NCBI RefSeq assembly: GCF_000150275.1
Contig: NW_002060943.1
Coordinates: 2,818,462-2,882,461, forward strand
Direction: 5' to 3'
Origin: Trichoplax adhaerens
Taxonomy: Eukaryota; Animalia; Placozoa
DNA length: 64,000 nt
Under the pieces are notes generated by a model that worked only from the letters and a program-made list of their open reading frames with translations, was not told where the DNA came from and did not search any database. Position 1 is the stretch's first letter. Each line of letters opens with the position of its first letter. The position numbers and the translations under genes are program-made. Positions 1 through 15,100 of this stretch are shown one piece after another.

Positions 1-1852
1 GAACGTTGTGTTCTGCCACATGAAATGGGTCAATGATCCGTTTATACTATTAAGCGTGGTTAAAAATACTGGAAGGACAGAATAAATAATCAAAGAAGTG
101 ATTTTATTATCAGTTTCTTAAATTTCATCGTCTCGCACAGCAGTATTCCTACGCGTATACTTTCCCGCAAGGCACATTCAACGCAATGTGTGCCGCCAGT
201 TTACAGTTCCATTTTTGGACAATATTTAGATTGGGACGACATTGGTCCGCAAATGATATCTACGGTAGTTATTCACTAATACAGTATAGCCCAATGGTGA
301 GTAAATGATGATTTTGTACGAAAGTAATTGGTAGTCCAATCTCTTTTTGCTTCCCTGTGCTTTAGCCAACAGCATTTTTAACAGTACGGTTCCATTGACA
401 GTCCAGTAATGTTACGGGTACTTTGCCAAGGGATTTCTTCTCATCATTTCCTCATTTCAAGTCAATGGCTAATGCTCTCAGTAGTGTCATGCTATACTGT
501 ATGCTGGTAGGGCGTAATGACGTTGCAGACTACATACCGTATACCAAGTTAGCAACTACGTTTCCAGTATCTCGCTGCTCGTGTAGTTTGACTTCCCGTC
601 TGTACGTCCGCGTCCCTTGCGGTTCTCGTTGTGGGTTTTCGCGCAGCAATGGTGCCTGTGGACTCCTTTTACAGTATTAAATTACAGTAGTGTTGTATTT
701 GGAATCGCTGGGCCATCCTCTAACTACAGTAAATACTGCAGTTTTCTTTGGCAAATTATGATGAAACAATTTTCTTACAGTAGTCGCTGTCTTCAAAACT
801 CAACACCTGTCTCTGATACTTTCTAAACAAGTAATTTTTTATCATAATATCTCGTGCAGTATGACACGGTGGCCATCTTTTAGTAGTCCCTGGCGTGGCC
901 ATGCATCTCCAGTCGTCTTCTTTAATTAATCTATTCACGACAGTCAATCTTATTTAACGTCAATGGTTGCAGCTTCATACAGTACCATAATCCTTTCTCG
1001 TCTTTGGGATTAGTTATTGTGTAATCCGTGTGAATACTCTGTCATTTGCTGTAGCTGTTTTGCCCGTGCTTGTTTTGATAATAGCGTCAGCTTTACTTTC
1101 CTCCCCGATTGGTAACCATAACTACCCTATTACTATATCCAGTCTGTGGTTGCAGCCTACTTGAAAAGTAGCAGTTTTCCAGTTGAATAGAGCAACAACT
1201 GTCATAAATTGCAGTATACCTAAATGTATTTATTGGTTGATAGATGGTCTTACTTCATTACCATACCCTACTGTATTTTGTCACGGATGGATGCCGATAA
1301 ATTCATCAATTGATCTTTTCACTTACTCTTTCTTTAGAGTGATCGAGAGCATTCTATTGAGCAATCTGCATACGATGCAGTCAGTATTCAACAGAAAATT
1401 AATTAAAAAGAAGTTGTAGTTTTAATCGACGATTGGTGCTGCTCGGCGGAGTATAATGTGCGATATTATTCATTCATAGTTATCCTTAATTAAGTTGAAA
1501 CTTTGGTGCTTTCTATTCTAATTAGGCTCTGTTGATTTAAAACTTTTCAACTATTGCACGTTTGCTTGCGTTGGAATAGATGATATCGGGACCTTCGATC
1601 AATATAAGTACTTGCTATCAAAATTGAAAACAATCACTTACAGGGACAAATAGAGTAATTACACTTCATAGCGACTGATAGTCCTTGTTCCATCGGCGTT
1701 TTATAGCTTTCTACATTGATTAGTAGAATGGAGGGTAATCAATAACTTGCATCAGCCCTTGTTTTCGAAGTCATAGACAATCGATGATAATGGTTGTACT
1801 TGTACATTACAGTATATCATAGAGGTATTGTGCGACGCAGTACAGTAGAATC

Positions 1853-4800
1853 ATGGCTTTCGCAACAATCGAGCTACAACACACTACCATGTAATTTACA
1901 AAGGAGACATTGAACCCTTTCTTAATTCTATCCTATCACTTCTTCTCTTATTGGTGGTATTATAATAGCAGATAGGGAGCTTTACTTATTCTGTCTAGGA
2001 ATTATTAGAACGACTTTACTGGTCATAAGTTGGCGTAGTTTGATATTGGTTCTACATGCTTTACGCGAACAGGAATAACCGATGATGTCATGACGCACTA
2101 CGCAGTACTGTAGGATCAGTTTTGATCGGGTTAATAATGTCCAGTTTTTTCTCCATTTTTAGTAGAATAGTGACAAGCATAATATTAAATCAATAACATT
2201 GGCTATATATGTCTATATAGATTCTCAAGGAAATAACTTCTTGATTAACTTTAGTACGCAGTTATGCAACCCAAGACATATGTGATATTGTATAGTAATA
2301 TTATTTGTTTATCAAAATACAATGACCTTTATATGCCTGTAAATGAAGGATCAATTGCAGTGAGTGCTACTTTACTTTGCTAAATGTGTAACATCATTAT
2401 TGCCAATATAATCTCTAAAGAATGTATTTCTAGTTTTCAACTAAAATTCAGATACGGGTAGAAATTGGAATCAAGTCAATTCATTGACTAAATTTAAAAT
2501 TTTATTGAAATTTTGAATAATTTACAATGAATTTGTCCAATTTACTATAACAACTTATTAGCGACGTCCAACAATAACATACTGATATTGCTCAATGCTT
2601 TCCTGAGTTGAGACATACATTTTTACCTGGTTACTAAGACGGCTAGTTATATCTCTAGCGAATAATGTTACACTATTACCGGGCTAACCTAGTGTAGATA
2701 AAAGTGAATGGCGTAGATAATCTAGTAGATTGTCTTATTCAACAGTATATCTTTAAGAGGCAAAAATTAAAATATTGAGGGATTAATGTTATGTTAGTAC
2801 TGTATACGTATGACAGCGAAAGGGCTGTATCAAGCGAAATACTGTCGTTGAAGATTAAGTATTTACTATATCAATCACTATTGCCATACTTATTAGCTTA
2901 ATGAACATTGATTAACTACAAAATACGTCAGTAAAATGGTTTGTAGTAGCGAAAAATAAATTGATCATAATCTACTATTTCTACGGTAGTGGTCACAAAA
3001 CTTACAGAAATCAACAACGGAAGTCACACTCCTATCCCTCAAGTAATAACAACTTCAACAGCAGTCACAGCAATGATGTAAGTACGATTTATTAGGAGCT
3101 ACTATTGCTCATTGTTACTCAATGGTATTATAGATCTATCCACTGCATATGCATGTGGTCTAACGTTATAGTTATAGATGGCTTCGTTAATTGCTATCAA
3201 CTAAGATTCATATATACAGTACTGCTTGATGTTGCTATTCAATTTGCAGTTTCTTTAAAAATACTTACCTAAGGTTAGGTTCTTACTGCTTTCATTGTTT
3301 TAGTCATTTTTGCGGCATAAAATATGTGAAAAATAATCCATAAATCGCTATAATTAATCAATGATCTATCAATCGAGTATTTGTTTATGCCATAGAAAGG
3401 TCTTGAAACAAAAGTACATTACTGCTTTATTTTATAACAGTATAAAATTTTTACTATTAAGAAAGAACTCAAATGTGAACTATTGTTACCGTCTATACAG
3501 CTTTGTAATATCGTACAAAATCTTTTCCTATATTAAATTCATTGATACATGCAATTGTCTCTCTATCCAGACTGGAATACTAGAGCGCTATACTATAGTG
3601 ATAGATGATATATTGTATAATATTATAAAAGCTTTTTAGTTTGGTGATCATTATATGATAGGCCAATCACGCGATGTACGATCGTATTGCATAGAATGAT
3701 ATGTAATCTAATTTAAACCTATAAATGTGGAAATGTGGAAATGTGGAAAAAATTTCTATTAACACTTCAAATTGAGCATTGTAGTGGTCATAAAAATGAA
3801 TATGAATACTGAAATCTTAAATGACACTGTTTGAATGTAACGTTATAGCCGACACATGGACACTTGGAGGGTGTATATGCCGATGCTCACTTTACTTATC
3901 ATGTAACTAGTTTAATGGTAAGTGTAAACTGATTGTGTCCTATTTACAAATTCTATTCAGTACTTTTGGCTTATTTATGAATATATGATATTCCGATTGT
4001 TTTATATTTGTATAATACAATCCTCTTTCACTTAGTAGTACTATGATCACTAGACTAGTTTATGATTCTTAAACTACTCAGCGTATAATTTAGTAGCAAT
4101 CTTGGAATGAAAATTGCTTCTCATAATAGGCATCTCTAATACTTCTAGGGTGTATTAGTACGTGTAGTCGTTACTAATGGGAATATGTTTGAAGGAATAT
4201 TGCGATCGTGCTCACCAAAGGTAAAGGAACCTTTTTTTAGTGCAATTTAACATATTTAAATAATTACATGTTACCAGAATATCACGCTGTGTAACGAAGC
4301 TTACTTAATGACTATTAGTTAATTCAGTTAGACTTCTGTATATTGCATTCTAAATTTATACGTAACGAGTTACTAGCATTATCGTTCTTTAGTATTTTGT
4401 GATAATGCCAGCAAAACTATTACCAAATAAAGAAGTTGAAATTGATAGCATTTACGATAAAGGTTACTAACAAGTGTTTTAATTTTATTGATAAAAATAG
4501 GCGGATATTGTCTTAAATGCTGTCCATAGACTTAAAACTAGCGATAACGGAAACCAGCTTAGAATCGATGATAATATTACGGAGAATATGATATTTCATC
4601 CTAAAGACATTGTTCACATCGAAGCTCGCGATGTCAACTTAATGAAATACAAAAAATGTAAATAATTAATAGTGTTAACAATGCACCAGTGATGTTTTGC
4701 CATACACTATAGAAGTAAAAGTTTACATTTTATGCAATATCACTTTAGTACGTGTGAAGTTTTAGCTACTATTATCATCTTCAATCAGTGTATTAATTGT

Positions 4801-7800
4801 CGGTGCTCTATGGGAAAGGGTAAAAGCGTATACTTAAGCTACTGCCATCTATTCTATCTTTAAATGAGATGGCAATGTTAATGCATTATGCTTAGTATGG
4901 TTTATTTGTAGCCTTCAGTTATATTTCATGTAGTAAATCGATATCTTACAGTTTAAAATAGGAAAGAATTTGAACTTGCATAGATATTGAAACTGTATCT
5001 AAGACATTAATCAGATTAAATTAATCATTCAATTCTTAATTTTATCAGCAGCGGACTTTATGACTGATTCTGCTATCAGCGGGTACAATGGCGAAACTGA
5101 AGGACGTGAATTAACTGTACGTGTTAAAATGTTATTGTAGTTGAACTTTTGTGATCTAGAAATTATGACACACTTACAATACATTTTATTCTTCTTTTGA
5201 TGTCCAATGCTTTTTAATGTTTACAGCCATGGGAAGCAGATCCAAGTATACAAGCCGATGAGGGCCTTGGCCTTTTTGATGATGATTCGGTATTATAGCA
5301 TTTTTTTAATTATCACTTCTTGCAAGACATCGCTACATTTATCTCTATTTCAAATTCTCTTAAGGCTCGTTGGGATTCAAAGGATATGTTACATACAAAT
5401 GAAACTAAGGTATGGGAAAGCTCACTACAGTATTACTTCGTGATACTAAATTTTTATATTCATTTTATTATATGTTGATCTTCAAACGAAATATCACAAT
5501 AATAATAATCTGCGTTGTCTACTCATTTATCCACAATATAGTTTGGCGTGAAATCAACTTTTGATTCCTCGATGAAAGACTACACGTAAGTATTTTGTAT
5601 CCTCAATCCTAAGATAAATTTATCGATTTTCGTTATGGGCGAGCACTAGTAGTTTCTAATACAATAGCTGACCATTTGCTGTATTGCTGTAGGACTGAAT
5701 TAAAGAAAACGAATTCATTGGAATATAAGAAAAAGATGGAAGAAGCGGAAAGGCTAGCCTATGAAATAGATATTGAAAATGTAAGCGATTTTATCGACTA
5801 TTTATCTACTAACTCCGACTTGCAATTTCGTATGGCTTCAATATTGGATATTTTTAAATCCCTTAGCGAAATCGAAAAGTCAATACCTACAGTAACTTAA
5901 CGGAAGAAGGAAAATATAGCGCTGTCATTAGCGATTCGAACATCAATAAGTATACCGAAAGGTAAGAGAAGTGATGAATATTTTGTTCGGATACCGATTA
6001 TTTCTAATCTTTTATAATTAATTTAGTACAAAAAGTCAGGATAACGGAAAGGATAATATCAAAATTGATAACAAGAGTGAAGCTTCCAGCAATAACGAAG
6101 TCACTAGTAGTAAAGAAGGTACTACTGTTCATAATTTTGATGTAGCCAGAGGCAATAATATTGTATACATATACGTATTGCCGTATGAAAAGGCTAAACA
6201 GTGATGACCAAATAAACTTTTCTAAAATCAGCTGTTATACACTAGTAAATCCGATTTGCTCTGATCATTTTCTAGTAACTAAAGATGAAATCACTATTAC
6301 TAGTGATAAAGTTGATAATACTACTGACGTCGGTGCCTCTAATATGCAAGGTAGCTAGCAGATAATTGCCTATACGATAACGTTCATTATATTTGTAGCT
6401 CAATTGCTGCTCGACCATGATGCCTGTATGCACTAAAATCGTTGATGAAGTAGCATATTTATTTTTTTAATTAGCGAAAGATCACGTTGATGTCCCTGAG
6501 AATAGCAGCAGTAAAGAAATTTCTGAAGACACGGTTGTTGCAGAAAGTGTGAAAGATGAAACCGCTAAAGACGCTATTTCATCTGAGGTAGTAGAAAGAT
6601 TATTGAAAGATGTACACGCTGTTATGCAACGCATCTTTAGCTGTTCTCTCAGATTGAATTAAGTATATTTTACACGTATATATAACTTCTAGAAACAGGA
6701 AATAACCTCTATAGGGCAAGCGCCAAAACCTGGTAAGAATAAAATTGATAGTAACGACAATGCATAACTGAGGATTCAGTAATAGCGTTAACGACAACTC
6801 AATGTTGTCCCATTTTTTATTTTGTTTGCGATGCTAATTTACGAATAACATGGTCATTGACAGATATTGAAAGGTTGAAAGATTTTCATAAAAATTTCAC
6901 GTTTGGTCCTGTCACCAGCAGCAATGAAAATTCGACGACAGATTCAACAACTAATGATAAAGTAGATTCTGATAATAGCGCAGCAAAATCTGAGAATTTA
7001 AATGAAAAGAAGAAATCATCGTAAGTTACAGTGGAGTTATTATTTGTAAAGTGAAAAATACATAGATGTAAATGATTACCATTTTATTTCATTAATGAAG
7101 GAACTTAATAGTAATTAATTTTCGGATGAGATGTAACGGTAAAATCGAAATAACATGAAGCGTGATGTTTACCGATTATTAATTTTAAATATTTTCAGAA
7201 AGCTTAATCCTAATGCTAAAGCATTCACTCCTACCAGCACTTTGGTTAGAGCCAATATTAAACTACAGTATATACCTGCTGTTCGTGATATGATGATGGC
7301 TATAACTATAATATACAGCATGATCGCTAATAACGTTATACTTTTAAATGTTATTATGATCGAAGCCTTGTTTAAAGCTATGTTCAAAACTGTGACAATA
7401 TTTTTGTTGCATTAAATTAATTTTTGTATTTTTGTTCTCTTTATGACTGATACAACTTCTGCAAATATTAGAAATCTAAGTCAAGCAGTAGTCCACCAAC
7501 AACAACTGTAACGGTTTCTACCACCACTAGTGGAATTCATCAAACGTCGTCCAATACATCCAGTAGTTACCAAAGCAAGCATAAATCTAAGGGTAATATT
7601 TTACAGTTCAGATTACATTTAAAGACTATAAATTTTGTAAATTCTTTAATCTTACGTTTACAGGACGATCTTCTAATAACGTTCCTAGCCAGTCCAGTTC
7701 ATTCCAGAATCATCCCGGAATTCCTTATAACACTCCAAGTATGCAAGGGCCTAACAGTAAGATTGTTTTAAGACTTCTATGAGCAGGTAATTATACCGAA

Positions 7801-8597
7801 TAAAAAATTCATAAATATTATCATATCCTGATTACTTAGATATTGGCTATACGGAGCAACATCCAACACAGGCACGATTCGTTAGTATTTCACTATTTTC
7901 AATAACAGTATAATAAAATCTGCCATCAATTGTTTATAAAATTGGTAAAGTAACGTCATTAAATTACGTCAATTACTGTTTGGTGCAGGCTACGAATAAT
8001 ACAATTTCGTATGAAGCTCAAATGCAGTCGCTTTATTACGGTATCCTCAATTACGCAGTATGACTTACAAAATATCAGTCATTAACAGTAAATACTTGAT
8101 CGTTCTTTACTTATATAGGTTCGCCTACTGCAGCAGGTCAGCCTATGGCAATGAATTTGCCGACACAGGTTGGTCAACGTATCCAAAATGTGCCACAGCC
8201 GATGCCCACAGTAATTACATATCCACAAACTGTCCAACAAAATGAAATTCGTCAGGCAACACAAGTTCAGCCGCAAGTTTACCAGCAAGCAATAAGTCCG
8301 AGATTTGGATTGCAGAATCAGCAATTATCTCAGCAAAGTCCTACACCAGGTTATAGCTATAACGTCCTAGTTACACCGCGTCCATTAGCTTCAAGTAACA
8401 CCGCTGGTATGAATCCTCATATTAATTCTTCACAGTTTATGCAGTCAAGAGGTTTGTAGTACATGTTAATACATAAAATAGTTATATGGATGAAGTTTTT
8501 ATCGCATAAAAATTAATGGTTTCATCGCAGTGCGTTATACTGTTCTTCACCAATTTTAAAACATTTTTTAGGCCCATATTATCAATATAAGCAGTGA
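1853..8597 (+). CDS. ATXN2: Ataxin-2 family protein (LSm + LsmAD + PAM2), multi-exon
   Basis: Spliced exons 3849-3917 (PTHGHLEGVYADAHFTYHVTSLM), 4149-4220 (GVLVRVVVTNGNMFEGILRSCSPK) and 4501-4657 (ADIVLNAVH...) give the LSm domain. Exons ~5049-5585 (DFMTDSAISG..RELT/PWE../WDSKDMLHTNETK/FGVKSTFDSSMKDY) give LsmAD. PAM2 KLNPNAKAFTP lies at ~7199, followed by a Q/P-rich tail and stop TGA 8595-8597. The first exon 1853-1890 (MAFATIELQHTT, phase 2, fits exon 2990-3077) is only a candidate; coding is well supported from 2990. Confidence 0.92.
3723..3746. repeat. (AAATGTGG)x3 short tandem repeat in ATXN2 intron
   Basis: Three exact 8-bp copies read directly from the sequence. Confidence 0.8.
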
Positions 8598-9138
8598 AAG
8601 AAAATAAGCCAACAAAAGATTATGTTCCGGTTTAACTCTGCGATGGACAATGTGTACTGTAATAAATGACACATTGAAAATGCTTCTGTTATTTGTTGTC
8701 ACCTTCGATTAATCAATCATAATTTAAAAAAAAGTGACAAGATGTTTCGTCAAGAAATAAAATTGCTTACACTTGATGCAACAAAATAACGATATTTTAA
8801 CGTTTTATTTGACATCTTTTGTCTATACTATACAGTCATAAAACAACTAATATAGGAGAAAAAATACGAGACCTGAACCATAAACAAGTAATAATTTAGT
8901 ATGCAACCGAATTGCAACATGACACATTATTTTTACAGATACAAAATCTGTAGATTGTCTCATTTAGTAATTAACGGAAGGTCTCGTTACCATCGTACTA
9001 AATTCAGATTAAAAAAGTTTTAGGTAAAGTAGGCTTACACTATACACCTTCAAAACCCTAAATAATTCCTATTCAATTGACCTACTCAACACCAGAATAT
9101 TTATATACAAAGTCGGTACTTAATTCAAATTCTCATAT

Positions 9139-12100
9139 TTAAATATACAATCGGTGATAATCATTAGCACCAAACGCCGCATTACATTTAGGGCATTTTC
9201 GTTGTCGTGTTTCATAGCGCGTTTTTATGCAATCACTGCAAAACACATGGAAGCACTTTGTTAGGACAGTATCTTTCTTCTTTACGTTGCAGCATGGGCA
9301 TGTCAACTTCGCCTTCAGAGAATCAGAAGGAACAAATAATTCAGTTTGTTATCACAACATCATAATCATGAATTGTATTCAGATGCCTTTTTACCTTATA
9401 CATCTTCACTTCTTCTGATAACACTTCATCTGCTGATGTCATTGAATCTACCTTTTTCAGTCTGTCCAGTTTTCTCTTAAGACTATTCCTTTCTTCCTAT
9501 AATCCATTAGAGCAGAAACACAAAAACAGATGTTTAACAATAAATTCGAAATTATCAGAAGTTGACAAGACAAAATTAATTGATTTGAAATACCTGTACA
9601 CGCCTCAGCTTGAAGGAATCCTTTTCAAAGTCACTTACTTTACTATCTAAACTGCTTTGAATCTATTGGTGTTTAATTAGAGCAGAGCGTAATATTTAAT
9701 TAGAGACTAAAGATTACATGGAGAATTATGTAATCAAAAATGTTGTTTGAAAACTCTTGATTAGTAAGCAGCCGATATTACCTTTTGATAAAGTGATCGA
9801 AAGTTATCTAACTCCATTTTGTTTCCTATCACTGTTTGGCGAAGCTCGTTTAGCTGTGGAAGTTAATATTTTAAAATCATCAGCCTTATTTGAAATGATT
9901 AGTACCATAATTTAAAACCTCATAGAAAGTCCTACAGTTCTTTCGCAAGCTTCCGATGATTGAATTCGTAATTGTAACTCTTGATCCTTAACCGTCTAAA
10001 AAATATTATAAAAATTATTATTATACGCGTATGCCAATCAATAAATACGGAATACGAATGTGTTTAACTAATTGGCATCATACAATGGTTGACTGTAGTA
10101 ATTTTTCATTCTCTTCAAATTTCTTGCATAAAATCTTTTGATTTTCTACTTCATCATGTAGCAGTGATAATTTCTCTTCCAAGAACGTTTTTTCTTTCGT
10201 ATATACTTTCTTTGTTTGATTAGCTTTGATACTCTACAGAAATTTCAGGTAACAACAACACAACATCGTTAAACAACGATATTTTCAAACTATAATCTTC
10301 TAAATATGTAGAATGTACCTCAGTCATGAGTTTAAAATTCATATCATCTTTCTCCTTGATCTGCTCCAGTAATCTAGCATTTTGTTCTTGCATATCCTCA
10401 AAAGCTTGACCGGTCATTTCCATTTCAGCCAATAAAGTTTCCTGTTCCTGATTTAGTAAGGAGCAAAGCAAATAATAGGTGTTAGGGTCCGTTTCAGTAT
10501 TTATACCTTGGCATGTGCTGTACACATTCAGGTTTATTGACACAGCATAAAAGGGCACCTACTTGTTTAGTACTAGCAAGTTTCTTTTGCAGTATTTTGA
10601 CACTCTCTTCGGATTCCAGAATATGGGGTTTCACTTTTTCAAGAGCTAGCTTTTCCGCATTTGCGATTTCCGTATCTTTCTGGTTAAGCTTAACTTTCAG
10701 ATATTCCACTTCTTCTTTCGAGCGGCGTTCTGATGCTAAAATCTGTTGATTTAATAACAAAAATATTAATAATACCTTTTTTATTAAATTTTTCTCCCAT
10801 ACAATCCGTGAAAGAACGATGCATTATGACCCGTCATAATCATTATATGCTATATGGAACCGAAGAATTATCATATAAACCCGACCTCTATCTTATCCCG
10901 TTTATCTTTCACATTGGATTTATAAACATCTAAAAGAATTTTCATTTCCCTCTGACTCTCCTGTGCTTTCCTATGATTAATCAAGTAGGTACAATTTGTT
11001 TAAATTCAACGTAGAAGATTAGAGAAAAATATTCGCCGCATTACGTAGAAACTAAATATCTAACTTTAATTGATTTCGTAAGTCTTTCATCGTATGATCA
11101 TTCGTTGAGTCAGCATTTCCACTGTTAGTTTTAGAATTATCCTGTTTACCACGTAGAATATATAATTTAGAGTTTAATTTCGAACACTTTGCATGAATGA
11201 ATGATATAGACGAGTTTTCTTGCCTGTTTCTTTTTCTCACGATACGAATCGGAATCAACTAATTTCTGCTTTAATCGGGCAATTTCTTCGGTCAATTGTT
11301 TATTACGATCCTGTGTATGATTACAATAAATTGACTTGATTAGGTATAAAACAATAATAATACTAGAATAGCATTCTGTCTTTTGTCCCATTATCGCTTA
11401 CGCTATCATACCTTGGTAGTTTTCACGAAATATTCAAGTTCAGCTAATCGAGACGCTTTAAAATACAAAAATATTTCCTGTGAATGAGCTGGAGTATACT
11501 GACAATGATTACAAATAGTATCCTATACATTTCGTAGAATAAACCATTCTGCAAACTATGCACCTTCTTGTTGATTGATAGCAGTGACCTGCTGGTATTT
11601 CGTCTCGATATCATCATATTCTTGCGTCAGTTTCTGCAATATACTCTGCAATCTTGTGACTTCAGCTTTAGCTTCGTTATATAAGTTGATTTGATCACTT
11701 TCCAACTGCTCTAAACATGACTCGTGCTGTGACCGACACTGGTTAATTAATCTTCGCAAATCTTCGTTTTGGCTACGCAACTAAGAGCAATGATATCGTA
11801 AAAAACTTTTGAATATGTTGTTTTCATTCAACAACAGTTTGAAGGTACTAGCATATTAAAGCCCTAAACCTTAATGATAGTAGAAATAGTTTACCTGCAA
11901 AGCTTCGCTTTCAGCTATTGATAACCTCGATTGAACATTTAAGTAATGCCCCGACTTCAGAATTACATCTTCAGCAACAATAGAACGCTCATAACTCAAC
12001 GTCTCTACTTCTCTCTTAGCCGATTCTAGTTCACGTTGCATTTTTTCCAATTCATTTAATCGATTATTGGAGATGTCACGATATTCATTCAATTCTGCTA

Positions 12101-15100
12101 CTACTTCCTCATGCTGTTAGAGAAAGCAGGAATTACTTTACTAACAACATAGCTTTAATCAAACCTAAATATGAATGGTCCCGTAGCGATAATAATACCT
12201 GATTGATAGGAACAACTTGCGTACTTTCAACTTCTCCACTATCACCAACACCACTGGCTTCGGCGTTGTTGCCTTGCGTTGTCGGTTCAGCGACCACAGA
12301 GGAAGCTGCCGACGGTCCTACTACCGGGAATAAGGAAATATACAGTACGTTATCTAATGCAGTAATATCACAGTCTCTATGAACAGCGAAATTCCAGAGT
12401 GCGAACCGTTTCCAGATTGATCAATCAACATTAAATGTTTATTTAATTTTTCAGTTTTCCGTTTCTCTTTGTTTAAATTATATCGGTAATCTTCCAGTTC
12501 AGTAAGAGCTTCAGATAATTCTGATTCTAATAACTTTGCTTTGTCAGTTAGTTGCGACAGCTGTAAGGAAAGCGGGAAAAAGAAACAAAATCGGAATGAT
12601 AGAGATTAGCTTAAGTTACGTTACAACTGAATTAGTATGAGTATGTTGGAAGAATTCGAGTGACCGTGTTTGACTTCTAACCACGCTAATCGTAAGTCTA
12701 TATCTACGTCATGTACCTGCAATTTATTTATATGCTGTTTCTCTTGTAATGAAGTGATAAGGTTTTCTAGATTCTCATTTCTTGAAGCTAAATCTCCAAC
12801 TTCTGATCGCAAGGTAATATCTATTTCCTTATTACGATTCGAACTGTCATCGGATCTTTGATAAATTTAAATTGATATAAGAGTTCAATACAAGACATAA
12901 CCAGTACGATATATAGGTATATACTGTATTAACATGAGTAATTATGTGCACCATTAGTGGTATACCCGTACATTTCGTTTGCGAGTTTGCGTAAAATGGT
13001 TTGTTTTTGAGTTAATTTGTCCATTTTTATCAGCAACTTTGACATAAGGACTTTAGAAAAGGCACAACGTTTTTCTAGATCACGTTCTAATGACGATGAA
13101 TTCTCGTCATATTCCAAAGCTTGTAAAAATGATCTGGTCGCGTCTCGAGGTTCTGAGCATATGTACAACATTATTACGTTTAATTTATTTTTCGATTTTA
13201 ACCATCATAGATAACAGAAAAAGGTTTACACCCTGAAAGGCTTGCTTATATCAGGACAGTGTTACCTTCTTCAATATGATCGGAGGGATCGCAACGCGTC
13301 ATCAGAGACTGTAAATCATCGTCTAATTGATTCCAGAACCTACATATTAGATGGGATTGAAAAAGCAATAAGAATATTTAAAAAAAGAATAAACTTAAAA
13401 ATGACGTTCATGAGTGCTAATTTAATGCAGGTAAATGATATGATACTACTTTGTACATATTTGCATACTAACTATTTTAATTTATCGATAGTAATTTAAC
13501 TTTTTCTAGAGTAAGACTAAAATTGACAGCTGCATCGGATTCTTAACTGGGCTGCATAAATTTGGAAAGAATACTCCGCAGCCGTCTAGTTATTAAATTA
13601 TTTGATTCTAGCAATAGAGATAAAGTATTGATTGTACCCTGCTGTATTGATTTTAATTCTAATGTACAGTTAGTAAAAAGCTGACGAAAGCAACAATTGG
13701 CTCGATACAAAATAGCATCAGTTGTAACACCATCAATAAAAGACGTAAAAGGACCTTGGTAATATTGCTTACGGTAAATAACAAGACAGTAGCCATGCAT
13801 TACACTAGAATGCTCTACACACCTGTTAATAGTACAAAGAGCTGAATCTTCAGTAACACGACGCTTTTCTAGGTCAGTAATACGGCTGTTCAATTCTTTT
13901 TGTTCGGCTCGCAATTGCTGTAAACGGATGCTAAGTTGCTTATTTTGAACCTTTAAGGTTTTACAATTCAGGTCATCCTAATATAAAATTGAAGCAATCT
14001 TAAATTGTCGTCAACTGACATACTTCAACATTTGATTGTGATCGTTACTTTACCTAATCGTAACAAAGAACAGAAACCAATTTATTTAGAGAAATTCAAA
14101 TTCAGGGTAATTGTTTACTTAGATAACATCCCGTGCTAACAGACCATAATATACAATCGAACAACTATCGTTATTGATAGGTTATATCTAATTAATCAGT
14201 GGCTATTTAGTATGCCACAATATTAATCTGTAGTCAGTTTTGACATGGTTCACTGTTAATGACAACTACAGGAGAAGCTAGTACACCAACGTCTGAGTTT
14301 CGACTATTTGGACTCTTCTAGACTCACTTCAACGTGTTAACCCACTTACCGAAAGAATTATTGGTAGAAGATGAATATCGAATGATCGATTACAGTGGAC
14401 ATGGCGAATAACATGATTAGATGAAATCCAATTAATGACCCATTGTCAAAATATCGGATTGAGTTCATTTATCGATAACAGTAAAAGGAGTTGTAACTAA
14501 TTTAATCAAGTACAGTTTCTAAGGCTAGTAGAAGGTCGGTTATTAGGAACTCATTTCTAATCAACATGTTATCCACAATAACTGCGTATTCCAGGCAGAC
14601 TCTAAAGCTTGAAAGTATACAGTACAGTACAGTACAGTATATAGAAAATTTATAGTGTGCCATCATAATGTGCTTAGAATCGTTTCTCAGGTTATCATTC
14701 TCTGCCTTGACGTCAACAAAATAATTTCATTTTGGATACAGATTTAATAGAATGTCATTTCTACATCTTGCATCTGCCAATTTACTGTTATGATAGTTAC
14801 TCTATTCGTTATCAGAAGGTAATGAAAATGCGTACAGTAAAGCGTAAAATACTGCAAGATCTTGAAGTGGCACCATAACATGGATAGTAAGATTAGTATT
14901 AGATGTTACTGCCTACTATAAGCTAATGGTACAGTTTGTTGGTTACCTATCATCTCTATAAATTACGTCGTCATTGCGGCTAAAAACGACAACAAATTGC
15001 CATATGATTCCGATGGGAACCATAGCGACATCACTCATTTGGGTACGTTATCCGCACTGGGCTACTGTATTGATTTCGCCAACGCTACTCTATCATGATA

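Noticed and set aside
1-21. Minus-strand ATG (MWQNTTF) as the start of a gene divergent from ATXN2
   Set aside because: Only 7 codons are visible; cannot be supported within this window.
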